A stretch of 64,000 bases of DNA from assembly GCF_009914755.1 (NCBI RefSeq), contig NC_060929.1. One strand, 5' to 3'. Made by a program: the position numbers and the translations under genes. Every line of letters begins with the position of its first letter. Position 1 is the first letter of the stretch. Below, in pieces: positions 1 to 14,049 of this stretch. This DNA comes from the human T2T-CHM13v2.0 reference genome, Homo sapiens. The notes under the pieces were generated by a model, which worked only from the letters and a program-made list of their open reading frames with translations, was not told the DNA's origin and did no database searches.

Positions 1-890
1 TATTATAACTTATTATTTGATTTTCAAACTAATACATGTTTCTGAAGAACATTACAAAATACCAAAAAGTATAAAGAAGAAAATTAAGATCACTCAACCT
101 CATCTTCCAGAAATAATTACTGTTATAATGACTGTTAACATTTTATTTTTACTTCCCTTTATTTGTTTAAAAAAAATGTCCTTTAAAAATCATAAAATGG
201 GGTACATGTTCCAATACATTTTTAAAAAGCGCATGGGAAAATCCAATAAAAATATATATGATTTAAATTTGGCAATAGAATGAAAAGAGTAGGATTATAG
301 AAACTCAATTTCTGTGTTATGCCAGCATTTTTATCATGAGTAATTAGTGACATTGATTCATGATACTCATTTGGTGAGTAAATTAGCAATATTAGTACAT
401 TCACAATGTTATGCAACAATCACCCAATTCAGTTCCAAAACATTTTCATTACCCCAGAAAGGAAACCACTGCTTAAGCAGTTAGTCTTGATTCCCCTCTC
501 TCTCAGCCCCTGGCAGCTACCAGTCTACTTTCTGTCTCTATGGTACTTATTATTCTGGCAATTTCATACAAATGGAATCACAGTATAAAACCTTTTGTAT
601 CTGGCTTCTTTCACTTAGCATGATGTTTGTGAGGTTAATCCAATTGTAGCATGTATCAGTATTCAGTTTCTTATGGCTGAGTAACAGTCCTTCGTGTGTG
701 TATACCACAGTTTGTTCATCTGGTCATCCACTGATGAAAGTTTCAGTTGTTTCCACCTCTTGGCTATTGTGAATAACGCTGCTACAAATTTGTGGGCAAT
801 TATTTGTTTCAATTCCTGCTTTCAATTCTTTGGGATATCTACTTACAAATGGAATTGCTGGGTTATATGGTGATTCTATTTTAACTTTTT

Positions 891-931
891 TGTTTTGAAG
901 ACAGGGTCTCACTCTGTCACTCAGGCCGGAG
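891..931 (-). mobile_element. Tiny 5'-truncated Alu remnant with 10-bp TSD
   Basis: gaagacagggtctcactctgtcactcaggccggag flanked by TTAACTTTTT at 881-890 and 932-941. Confidence 0.7.
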
Positions 932-1210
932 TTAACTTTTTGAAGAACTGTCAAAACGTTTTCAACAAGGTGGAGCCATTTTACATTCCTACCGGCAGTG
1001 TACAGGGGCTGTAATTTCTCCACATCCTCGCCAACACTTGTTATTTCCATTTTAAAAATTATTATAGCCATCTTCATGGGTGTGAAATGGTACCTCTTTG
1101 TGATTTTGACTTGAATTTCCTTAGTGACTAATGATATTGAACATCTTTTCATGTGCTTGTTAGCCATTTATATATCTTCCTTGGAGAAATGTTCATTCAA
1201 GTCTTTTGAC

Positions 1211-1433
1211 TTATTTTATTTTATTCTATTTTATTTTATTTTATTGTGACAGGGTCTCACTCTGTTGCCCAGGTGGAGTGCAGTGGTGTGATCACGGTTC
1301 ACTGCAGCCTCTGTCTCCCGGGCTCAAACCATCCTCCTATGTCAGCCTCTTGAGTAGCTGAGACTACACGTGCCATGACACCCAGCTACTTGTTGTATTT
1401 TTTTTGGTAGAGACAGGGTTTTTCCATGTTGCC
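1211..1433 (-). mobile_element. Alu (AluJ-like, partial)
   Basis: (TTTTA)n tail, then gacagggtctcactctgttgcccagg...gtagagacagggt. Confidence 0.85.
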
Positions 1434-2194
1434 GACTCTTTTGCCCATTTTTAAATTGAGTTCTTTGTCTTTTTGTTGCTGGTTTGTAAGAGTTCTTTAT
1501 GTAGTATGGATACTGGAACCTTATCAGATATATGATTTGCAAATATTTTCTCACATTCTATATGTTGTCTTTTCACTTTTTTGTGATTGTTATTTGATGC
1601 ACAAACTTGTTTATTTTATTGTCTATTTGTTGTTGTTGTTGTTGTTGCTCATACTCTGGATTCAGATCTAAGGACCCACTGCCAAACTCAGGGTCATGGA
1701 ATTCACGCTGAGATTATAGTTATCACCCTAGCCCTTCCCAGCATCACATTTACAAAATATCACAAGGTAACTTTCAGGGAAGGTAGCCATTGTGGCTCCC
1801 TTTCCTTTTATGGGCATTCTTGTTCATCTCACTTTCATAGAATGAGTTTTCTGAGGTGTTCCTCCAAATTCTGAGGTTATGCCTCATTTGAATCTGAAGC
1901 TTTCTACTATGTGGACCAATCACAAGAAAAACATCATGTTTGTCTTGTATCCACCAGGAATGCTCCTCAGTTTATCTGGCTCCATGCAGAGCCCCATCCT
2001 GTCACCTGTGTCCTGACCATGGTAGGACTTTGTTGTTGGTGCCATGCAAAATACTTCTCAGACATTCCATTCCGTGCAAACTTTGACTGGGCCAATGCTC
2101 CTGTCTTAACAGTTGGAGGACAGTACAGGGGGACACAGGTGTTGGTATTAGAGAGATTCCTATTTAATTTCACATTGCTTTGTATATGTTATTT

Positions 2195-2335
2195 ACCCTG
2201 ATTGAGCTTGAGTTTCCTTATCTAAAAAATTGCTGTCTAACAGTTTTATAGTAGGCATTGCATGAGACAACATAAGTAAAGACCCTAGCACTGTGCATGG
2301 TAAATAACATGTGCTCAATTTCATTGTTGTTATTT
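2195..2335. mobile_element. MIR fragment
   Basis: ctgattgagcttgagtttccttatctaaaaa...gcactgtgcatggtaaataacatgtgctcaat resembles the MIR core. Confidence 0.55.
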
Positions 2336-3515
2336 TTACTTCCCTAAGAGAAAAATAGCATGTGCAGAATGGCAATTTGGGGACATTTTTTCAGTATTGG
2401 AGACTGTTTCCATTGTTTATTATCAAAATGAGATAATCTCTTACCATTTAAACGTAACGTTTGAGGGGTTCAAATGACAAGGGGAAATCCCCCTGAAACT
2501 AGAAAACTGAATGCTTAAAAGATGATATCTCTTACGCCATGAGTCATCAGATAGCAGCTGATTTTATCGATGCAGGCTTTATCTTTTCAATACCTTTGTA
2601 CCACTCCCAGTTTACTTCTGATACCCTCACAGTTGAAATAGTTGAATCAGCAATACACAATTATTTTACAATCTATATGGTGTTTTCCTCCTCTTAAGTG
2701 GAAAGTCATGATTTGTTCTTCTTTAAGAATCAGCAGTGACTTAACTCACTTAGTCAGGACACATTCTCTCTCTAGTGGCAGATATATCTGCTTAAACCTC
2801 TGTGTGCAAGCCATTTGCAGTGGCGCCATTGGTGGTTTATGCAGTCAGCCTAAGAGATAGGCTGCTGCTTCCCAAGGCCACCAACTTCAGCAAATCTGTT
2901 TCATGTTTGAATTCCTATTCTTTTACAGACTGTGTCATACCACTAACTAGTCTAAAATTCCACTCTCTTGATTATTTCATATGAGTTCATCATGTCTCTC
3001 CAACTAGCTTCCTTCTTTGAGCTAGGAACCTTGTCACAATTATTTTATTTCACATCAAATACCTGGTATGTTGCTGGTCTCATCGAAAGAGTTCAGTGAA
3101 TTCTTGCTAGTCTTTAAGTTAAATACATTGAGACACAAATGACCATGTCTACAGATAAGACATGCTCCCACATTGTAGTCTTTTACCAAACTATAAAATA
3201 TTGACTTTCAAAAAGGAAACTTTCATTTCTGATGTTCAGAAATGTAACATTTCCATCAAAAAGTCTTCTTTCTTTTTTTCAGCCTTGTTATAAATTTCCC
3301 AACCGGTTAGATTGTCCAATAAAGGATCCTTCTGTTTTGTTTACCTGTTTATCAATGTATGAGCTTGCTGTGTATTATTGAGCAAGTCATTTCATTCATC
3401 TAGATCTTAATTTCTGTGTCTGCTAAGTGATTTCTAAATTCTCTTCCAGATTTCCAAGGTGTCTGATTCTAGGATGCACATATGAGCAATATTTTCCAGA
3501 GCTAAATAATGATGA

Positions 3516-3842
<327 letters not shown>

Positions 3843-6800
3843 TGAAAAATTCTCGTTTTGGAAACATATTAGCAGCTCAAAACAGTTTGTCTAAACAATT
3901 ACATTTCTGCATTTTCTGTTAATGATCCAGGACAAAGTAACATGACAACTTTGGTTTGGTAGGTAGGATGGGATGCACTAAGAAAATAGATTTTCTCAGT
4001 TTTGCTCTGTCTTCTAAGAAGACTGTTGAGTCTGTCCTCGTGAATACTGAATTCCAGAGAGCCACGAAGATTAACCAATTCATTCCTCCTACCTCTTTCT
4101 TCTCCGTCCTCCAGAGATTTTCCTAAATAAGATGTAATAATTTGGCAACATTTTTCTTTCCAATGTAGCTTCCTGAGAGTTTCTTGGCCTATACCCAGCT
4201 GAAGTGCAGGGAAGAGTAAGTGCTAGCACTTAATGTTCCATCCAACAAGGAGCCATGTTGGAGAGTAACTTCCTGTGTCCTTTGTTGCCTTACATGTGGC
4301 TTTTTCCACAACAAATTAAATTAAGAAAATACTGACTTTCACACTCTTTTTGTCTTTGAATTCTTTGGGGTGGATTTTTCACTTAGTTCAAATGATTATT
4401 GGGTCAGTTTTGCCTGAGGTGTCCCCATCTAGTGCACTAGGACACATGAGTGGTTTATGATTTCCATTTCTCATCTGGGAACTCTAGTAATCTATATGCA
4501 CATAATGTTCAGTCATTTTCACGGGATATTTAAGGACAGTGGAATGTTTTCTCATTAAAGGAACTGAAAATTTTCCTACAGGTAAGAGAAGCCTAGGACT
4601 GTGCTTGGGCCCTCTGTCAGCTCAACCAGGCTCCTGTCTTCACCCAGGTAGTGGAGGCTTTGGGTACACACATACAGCATGGTTAGTTCCTTTGGTAAGG
4701 CATACAAGTCACTAATTTTAACATCTTCAGTTACTTTCCATATTCATTATTGAAATTTGAGATCTGCGCAAGTTAAATAAAATTTTGACTCTGTCCACTT
4801 AGGATTCATACCTAGTCTATAATTCTACCTCTCAAAGGGCAGTTTCCCACAATGAGACTTATTTAGTATGATGATTTTCAACAACAGCAATACTTCTGTG
4901 TAGCTGTTTACTCCCTGCTATCAACACATCTTTCCACTATCTCACCTTATACTAGCAAGTCTGATTTTTGTATTTTTAATGGGTACACTTGTTGGTAATT
5001 TGGGCCCGGTAAAACATTGAAGCAAAGGTCATATTGAGACTAAGGATTATCTACAAAAAGAAAAATTGAGGTGGAAGTGCTGGAGGAATTGTGGAAAACT
5101 AGCACTTAGCACCGTTAGCAAAAATAACATTAACCATAGACTACATGGATCCTATTCTTTATTTTTCCAAAAGACAACTCATATCTATTATTATGTTACA
5201 AAAAATAATATTAGCCATACACCAAGTGGATTTTTTTATTTATTTTCCTAAAAAGCAGTTGTTCATATCTGTTTTCATATTTGATTCCCGTAAGAGTCCT
5301 CTTTTCAAGGGAAAGCAGCTAGTGTGGACTATTTCTGTAATCTTCTAGGGCTCAAGACCCTTCAGGGTAGAGTTTTGCCTTGTCTATCGTGTTGTCCTCA
5401 CAACACCCAACCCAGCCTGACTACAACAGTGGAGAAACCACAGCACAGAGAGGTTTGTTGTGTTGCTCCAGGTGACAGAGGCAGGGTGGGATCATCCTTC
5501 ACTCCTGTGCCCAGAAAGGGATGACAGTCACATGCAGCCCCCAGGCCATCGGTGGACACATGTCCTATGGAATAGATGATGCCTTGAGAAATGCTTGTCT
5601 GAATCACTCATGCCTGAAGTTGACGAGAACTATCCTCCTCCAGTTAAGGAGGAGGATGCTGCTTCTGTTTAGACCAAAATCTCCCTTATACAGGGAAGCT
5701 CCCTGTAGTGCAAGCCTGACAGGGCACTCTCATTCATGCTGGGGGCTGGGGGGAAGCTTCTGGACTCAATGTCTCGGACACCTCTGTTCCCAAACAAGTC
5801 AAAGGAAGAGCACTTGCAGCTGGACCAGAGGCACCGACCTGTCTCCTGGATGGTACTGGCCATTTGGAACCCTGAACTGCATGGTCCTGCCCTCCTGGGT
5901 CATGGTCCTCCCCTTCCCTTTGCTTTTTGATTTTGTCAATGGCATAGGAAGGCAAAGTAGAGTAAGAGCTCAAGCTTGGAAGGAGGCCAGGTGTGGGAGT
6001 CAAATGTCTCAGTAACAAATCAGTGACCTCTATTAGACTTCTGTGTAAATGTGTGTGCCAATTTCTTGTGACTTACTGATGTCTGCAAGGATCAAATTAA
6101 ACCTGCCACTTCAATAAATGAAATGACCCAAAGACAATTCATCATATTTAAAGAAAAAAAATCAATGAATTGCAGTACTTAAGGAAAAGTTTTATCTCCT
6201 ACATTAACAGGGCTGTAAAGACCACAAAGCAGAAGTTGAGGTTAAACAGGTTCCACACATAAATAGTGTCTGGGGGAAATACAACTCATTGCATATTAAT
6301 GAAATGATTAAATCATTCAGTCCAGAGTTTTAGCCTGTGCTCCCAGATCAGGCATTGTGCGCAGTGTGGGAATGTCAGCGCTGAGCACACTGGAAAGAAT
6401 GAGGAGGTGAACACACGCATAGGGTATTCTACACACGGGCTGTGTGTGCAGGTCACTGATGAGATGCTATGAGGTTCGGGTTAGGCCTCACCTTCTCCCA
6501 CAATTTGGATAAAGGGCTGTTTGAGACCAAATATCCAAGAGGATAGAAGTTACTTTAGCAAGTAGAGTAGAAAAGAGTGCTCTGAGCAGGCCCAACAGGC
6601 ATGAGCAGAGGCGCTGAGAGAAGGGAATTTCCAGGCCTGAAAGCCCGCTGTGGTGCTGGATCCCCAAGCACGTGAGGACAGGGGCACAGGCCTAGATGCA
6701 CAGGACCATGGAGTGCATGCTCAGGTTTTGTTTTTTTATCCCAAGGGCAATAAGAACAAAGGAAGTGGCAAGCTCTGATTTGAATAGCCGCACAGCGGAA

Positions 6801-6946
6801 TGTGGTGGGGAACTGGGGCAAGGGATGTGTGGCCGCTAGGAAGCGAGCTGTAGGGTTCAGCCAAAGCGGAGATGCGGGTAAGAGAAGTGGCTGCATTTAA
6901 GGGACAGAAGGGAGGTAAAGTTCAGTCTGTGACTTGTTGGCATTAG

Positions 6947-7288
<342 letters not shown>

Positions 7289-8986
7289 ATTTGCTCTTAA
7301 ATTTTAAAAATATTTAAGCAAAATGTACTTGACATTGCTCATGTTAAATAGTGAGGGTTTCATGGATCAGGACCTCACAACTTGTTAAGGAACATATTTT
7401 GTGATCTAGGAGTAAAGTAATGCAAGAAATGGAAATAAAATATAAACATTTAAAAAAACACAGTCTGCAGAGAGTGAGAAAGGAAGCCCACAATTAAATG
7501 CCCCCTGGGTGGACCAGGATGTTTTCAGCCCAGGGCTGGGTTTAATTCTGTCAGGGGCACTGTTTCAAGTTTGTGACCTGAATAGGGGGCAGACATAATT
7601 AGTAGAAGGCATCCGAGTTGCTAACGCCAAGCAGTGTGTGACATGTGACTTGTCCCATCCCCTTCACTGAGGACTTATTATTCGCCCTTAGAAACATGGA
7701 TGCAGACTCGAACTCAGGTTCCCCCAGTAAGTGTCATGTGTGTGTTGTCTCCACCTTGCAGCTGTGGGGCAGGAAACAGGAGCGTTGGAGGAGGCACACT
7801 GAGGAGAAAGCATGCCTGGAGCTTTGGGGGACATGAAGAAGAGAACGTGGTTCCTGCTCCCTCGGGACCATGCTAGAGTCACAGCTGATATACCAACAGC
7901 TAGCCGCAGTATATAGGAGGGGCTCAGAAGGGGTGGAGACAAGAGGAATGCAGAGGAAAGAGCAAGAAAGCCTTCATGAAAGAGAAGGGACATAACCTAG
8001 GCTTGAAGAACAGGACAGATCCCCATACAGCAGGGAGTGGAAGACACCAAACCAAAGACATTGCCTGAGCAAAGACAGGTCTGAAAGCATAAGGCATATC
8101 CAGAAGTGTGGGGGAGGTGCTATGTTTGGAGAGACGATTCCTGCAAGGGACTGGTGGGTTGGAGCCAGATTATAGAAGGCCTTGCATGACAGGGCAAGGT
8201 GTAAACGGGCCTTTGAAGCCTGTGGAATTAGAGAATGGAAATGCCAGCATCTCAGAAAGATGAAGGCTAAAGGCTGTGTCAAAAGCCCAAATTACAGCTC
8301 AACTTAGACAAGCTTCCTAGAAAACAGTGTAAGACATTTTGTGTCACTGACAGCTTCAGGGCCTAAGAGTCTGACAGATGGAGCCCAAGAGATGGAGTGT
8401 GGCCATGTGGCCACCGTATCTGAAAGGACAAGAGACAGAAAACCAGGGGAGACTCAGAGAGCCATCTATCAACTTCCGAGAGAAAATGGAACTTCTGGTG
8501 TGCCATGAAAGACTGCTTTCTTGACTGAGATTTGACCATCCTAATCCAAACCTTGCTAAAGATGATTATTTTTAAAAAACAAACAATCGGTTTTTTTTTT
8601 TAAAGGATGACTGTGTTAATTCTCTACTTTTCAAGAACTTTCTTAGCAGATTCTCTGGGACTGGCACAGTGAGCACCTTCTGTCTCTGATCTGTTCCCCC
8701 AAGACCTGAGTAGCTTCTGTTTTCTCTCCCGCTTATTCCACATGAGTCCCCTGGAATTGGAAGACCATAGTGATTGGAAGCTGAGTTTTCAAAAGGCAGG
8801 AGGTCATAGCTGGCTCCCATGCGAGGCATTAGAACATGGGGAATTGACTAGCAGAAGTGGAATTCACTGGCACATATCGTGGACCTGCAATGGGGTCTTA
8901 GGTTTGTGCTTTGGGATAAGTCAAGTCAAGCTATTTTATAGGACAAGATGGCTATGTGTCTCCAATTGTTTTCTCTTTGCTTTTAG

Positions 8987-9166
<180 letters not shown>

Positions 9167-9509
9167 TGAGGTGGTTACAAGAGTGAAAAGGGTTAATATA
9201 TTTTTTAATGAGGAGCAATAGTCAAATAGTGGAAATCTCCTTTGAGGAACCCTGGGTAGACACTGACATTATTTTCCTTTGGCTCCTATGGGAACTAAAA
9301 AACACAGGTGTGAAACTTGGCACTGGAAGATATAGTCTGAAGTCTTGCTCCTGAACTTACTCATTGAGATAGTTGTGCAGATTCAGGCAATTTTGTATTT
9401 GTTTTCAAAACATGTAAAGTTTGTGTATTATAAATGCTAAGTGAACAAAGCAAGACATAAATTGTACATATGTATTTATTTGAGCAACACAAAATGTGTA
9501 TGCGTCTAG

Positions 9510-9990
<481 letters not shown>

Positions 9991-10189
9991 ACAGATGGTG
10001 GACTCAAATTGTAGCTCCCCCGAATCTAGACGGCGGGGTGGGGGGAAGGGGGGTGGAATATGGAAAAATGAAAGTGGTGTGTTATTTGAAAAATGAGATT
10101 ATTTGCGCACGTTAAACTAATAATACTAATGAGATAATAATAATTGAATTAAATCTATGACCTAGTCACTTTTTAAAGTACTATACATA

Positions 10190-10370
10190 TTTAGTTCTCA
10201 TGTCAGTCCTATAAAAGGACTTCTTATCCTCGCTTCACAGATAAGGAAACTGAGGCACTGAGAGGTTAAAGAAGCCATGCAAGGTCACCACGCCACTAAG
10301 TGCTGGAGCTGGAACTCCAACCCAGACAGTCTGGCTCCAGAGGTCATGTGCTTAACTATTACATCCTACT
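10190..10370. mobile_element. MIR fragment
   Basis: acagataaggaaactgaggcactgagaggttaaa...ctggctccagag. Confidence 0.7.
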
Positions 10371-10425
10371 ATGGAAAGAAGGACACATACACAGGGAAAG
10401 AAAAGATATTAAAAAGATAGTAAGA

Positions 10426-10630
10426 GGTTGGGTGTGGTGGCTCACATCTGTAATTCTAGTACTTTGGGAGGCTGAGGTGGGCGGATTGCCTGAGCTCAGG
10501 AGTTTGAGACCAGCCTGCACAACATGGCGAAGCCCCAGCTCTACTAAAAATACAAAAAATCAGCTGGGTGTGGTGGCACATGCCTGTAGTCCCAGCTACT
10601 CAGGAGGCTGAGGCACAAGAATTGCTTGAA
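10426..10630 (+). mobile_element. Alu, 3'-truncated
   Basis: ggttgggtgtggtggctcacatctgtaa...gaattgcttgaa. Confidence 0.88.
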
Positions 10631-11177
10631 GGTTGGATTTTTTAAAAACTTTTAAAAATGAATGTTTTAAAGACCCCTCACACTTGAGGGACTCGCATTT
10701 CTGAGAAGGTAGGGAGAGATATGATCTCCAGTACAATGAAGAGATTACGAGGGATTTTGGAGATGCATAGACCTTGCCAGTCTGAATGTGGCTTTGCCAC
10801 TTTCTAACTGAGCAAACTTTGGCTAAGTCTTACCTGACCTGTTGTTGTAAGGTACTAAGAACGACATGAGATAATGTACATAAACACTTAACATGGCCTT
10901 CAGCAGGGCTGGGACTTGATAGAAAGCAGTTACAATAACCCAGCAATAGCAATCATGCAATTATCAGAGTGGTAATAGTAATGTGCTGTCTGTGGCAGTA
11001 AGAGCAACAGCAGTGGTATCAGTGTAACAATAGGAGCAGTGGTGGAAAGGATTGTCTTGCATGCACCAGAGGGTAGAGGTTTGGCAGAGAAATTTAGGTT
11101 GCTATTTTCTCCAGGAGGTAGAAAAAGCTAAAGTTATCTGCTGAAGGCAAATGGATAACTTGTTTTAAGAGGCTTGA

Positions 11178-11546
<369 letters not shown>

Positions 11547-11869
11547 TGAGGAATAGATTAAATCTCCTTTACTAGAAGACAAATAAACATTTCTACCCAT
11601 GATCTTGATTTTCTTTTGTTTCCCAAGTTTTCTAGGAGAGGCTCTGAAGTCGATGTCCTTTAGTAATATTTCCAGGATTTCCTGTTGTTTTCTTGTCCTT
11701 ACTGAGAGTTGTATTCCTAGAAATCAATAGTATTAAAGAAGACACAGTTCAGGTCATGACCTGGACCACTGGGAAAATACCCTTTTTTGCCCAGCCATGC
11801 TGGAATTACTTCGGGATCATGGAGGGAGGGTAGGAGCTACAGATTGGACAACCATGGAGTCAGCCAGGA

Positions 11870-12070
11870 TTGTGGCCTAGGAGACCTGGGTTTGAATCTT
11901 CTTTCCCTGGCTGGGTGTGTCATCTCGCCAAGTTTCCTAGCCTCTCTGAGCCAGTTTCCTCCTTTGTAAAATGGGGACAGTGATGGTGATTGTGAGGATT
12001 AATGAATGTGGGTAGTGCCTAGCCCCAGTAATAGCTGCATGCAGTAGGAGATCAGCAAATGGAGGCCATT
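11870..12070. mobile_element. MIR fragment
   Basis: gacctgggtttgaatc...ctctctgagccagtttcctcctttgtaaaatgggg. Confidence 0.7.
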
Positions 12071-12742
12071 ACTGTTCTTAACTGTGCAGTAAATTGGTTC
12101 CATCGGATACATTAGTGGAGTGGGAACATTTTTTTATATAGGTTTGTGTGTGCACAACTAGTGGCCTCCTGTATTTTGAGCATCTCCTTCCCTTGCACAG
12201 TAGGGAACATCTCCCTCCCTGCCTCCCTTGCCAAAGTCAGTCTCCAGTCTCCTGGATGCCTGGTTCATCTATGTCCCCTTAGCATGACCACTAAGGGCAG
12301 CAGTAACGCTGGGGATTTGGAGGTGCTTTGCCATTCCCTGAACACTCAGCTCCTGCCTGTTGAATTTAGCAGGTGTACAAATCTGACTGATTTCCTTGCA
12401 TCCCCGAAGCATTCTGTGAGCCACAGCACCCGAAATGAAACATTGGCAGGCACTGGGGATACAACCCTTGTCAAATGGACATAGCATCAGCCACTTGCAT
12501 AACATGGACCATCCATGCCCATGACATCTCAGAAAATCACAAGGGCAGGAAGGAGAAGGGGCCAAGATGAGGTGACCCCTGAAAAGTGACTTTTGGAGGC
12601 TGTTGATAGGTAGCCTTCCACCTCAGTGACCCCTTCCTTGTTCACAGTAACTCTGTGGCTTCAGACTCTAAACAGAGCTTTCCATTTGGCTTATCTTCCA
12701 ATAAAAAGATTTAACTAGGTCTGTTTTCCTTTGTATGGACAG

Positions 12743-12878
12743 AAGTACTTGAGGAGCCCAAGGACTTTTCTTGTGAAACCGAGGACTTCAAGACTTTGCA
12801 CTGTACTTGGGATCCTGGGACGGACACTGCCTTGGGGTGGTCTAAACAACCTTCCCAAAGCTACACTTTATTTGAATC
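12743..12878 (+). CDS. OSMR: OSMR coding exon 6
   Basis: gacAG|AAGTACTT...TTTGAATC|GTAAG; [26 protein letters not shown]...YTLFES; 136 bp. Confidence 0.96.
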
Positions 12879-13430
12879 GTAAGTTGGCTCTGGTTACATT
12901 ATTGACAACTTCTTCCTTGCTTGAGGTGCTTGTGACAACATGGCAAAAATCTACACTTAGATGTTGCAGGAAATTTGAACAAATATTTCAGAACCACCTG
13001 CCAAGGTCAAGAGGAAACCTTTAAGTGGTGACAAGTGTCTAATACTTTCTACCTGAGGTTTTTAAAAAAGGAACATTTAGCATAGCATGGTAAGAAAGAC
13101 AGTTAATGTATACCTTGACGTGAAAATAGTCCTGTCTGATAATCTGGGTTTACCCAATTTCTGACTTTTTAGGAATATTCCAAGTAAATTAAGGGATGTT
13201 CTTGCCACCCACGGGGAGTCAGTGATTCATGTTAAGACATTTCAGCACGTATGTCAAATTTGTAGAAACAATATTTTCGTTATTGGTATTTGTTGGTGAT
13301 GGATGGATCAATGCCATTATGGGGAACATAGTTTGACAGTCACTGAGTATGCCCTGAGGGATAAGGGATACATTTGCTTTGACAAAAGTAAAAACCTCGT
13401 AATGGTTGTGTTATTTTGTTTTGTTTTTAA

Positions 13431-13622
<192 letters not shown>

Positions 13623-14049
13623 CGTGTCTTTGTTTCACAGACTGTGTGATCAAGTAAATGTGCTGTAGATCTTTGCCTCATTCACAGCGGAGGTGAGAGT
13701 TAGAATTTATACCTATTGTTCATGCCACGTTTCTCCTCATGGATGCACGCATCCCCTATTATTTGTTTCTTTTAATAATGTCACGAGCACCAATGAGCTT
13801 ACTACCCAACTTCAAAACTAGGACTCTAACAATAACTTCTGTCATATCTCATCCTGTAACGCCCCCACCTTCGCTCCTTCCGCCAAGATAATTATCACTT
13901 TAAATTGTGTGCGTGTGTATTCTCATTTCTTATGTGATGGTAAAAATGCCTTTATTTTGTTTGGTTTTAATGCATAGAAAGGACATCAAGCTGTATGTAA
14001 TAATTCAGTAATTATGTTTATATAATATTAAATTGCTAATATTTGCCCA

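Larger units (their letters stand above)
330..1690 (-). mobile_element. Old L1 (L1M-type) 3' end/ORF2 C-terminus, interrupted by Alu pieces
   Basis: Minus ORF 724..1167 MANKHMKRCSISLVTKEIQVK...YNPAIP is the L1 ORF2 C-terminus; L1M 3'UTR-like sequence at 330-720. Confidence 0.85.

Noticed and set aside
5521-6015. 164-aa intronic ORF
   Set aside because: No recognisable domain, polyA or processed-pseudogene hallmarks; consistent with chance
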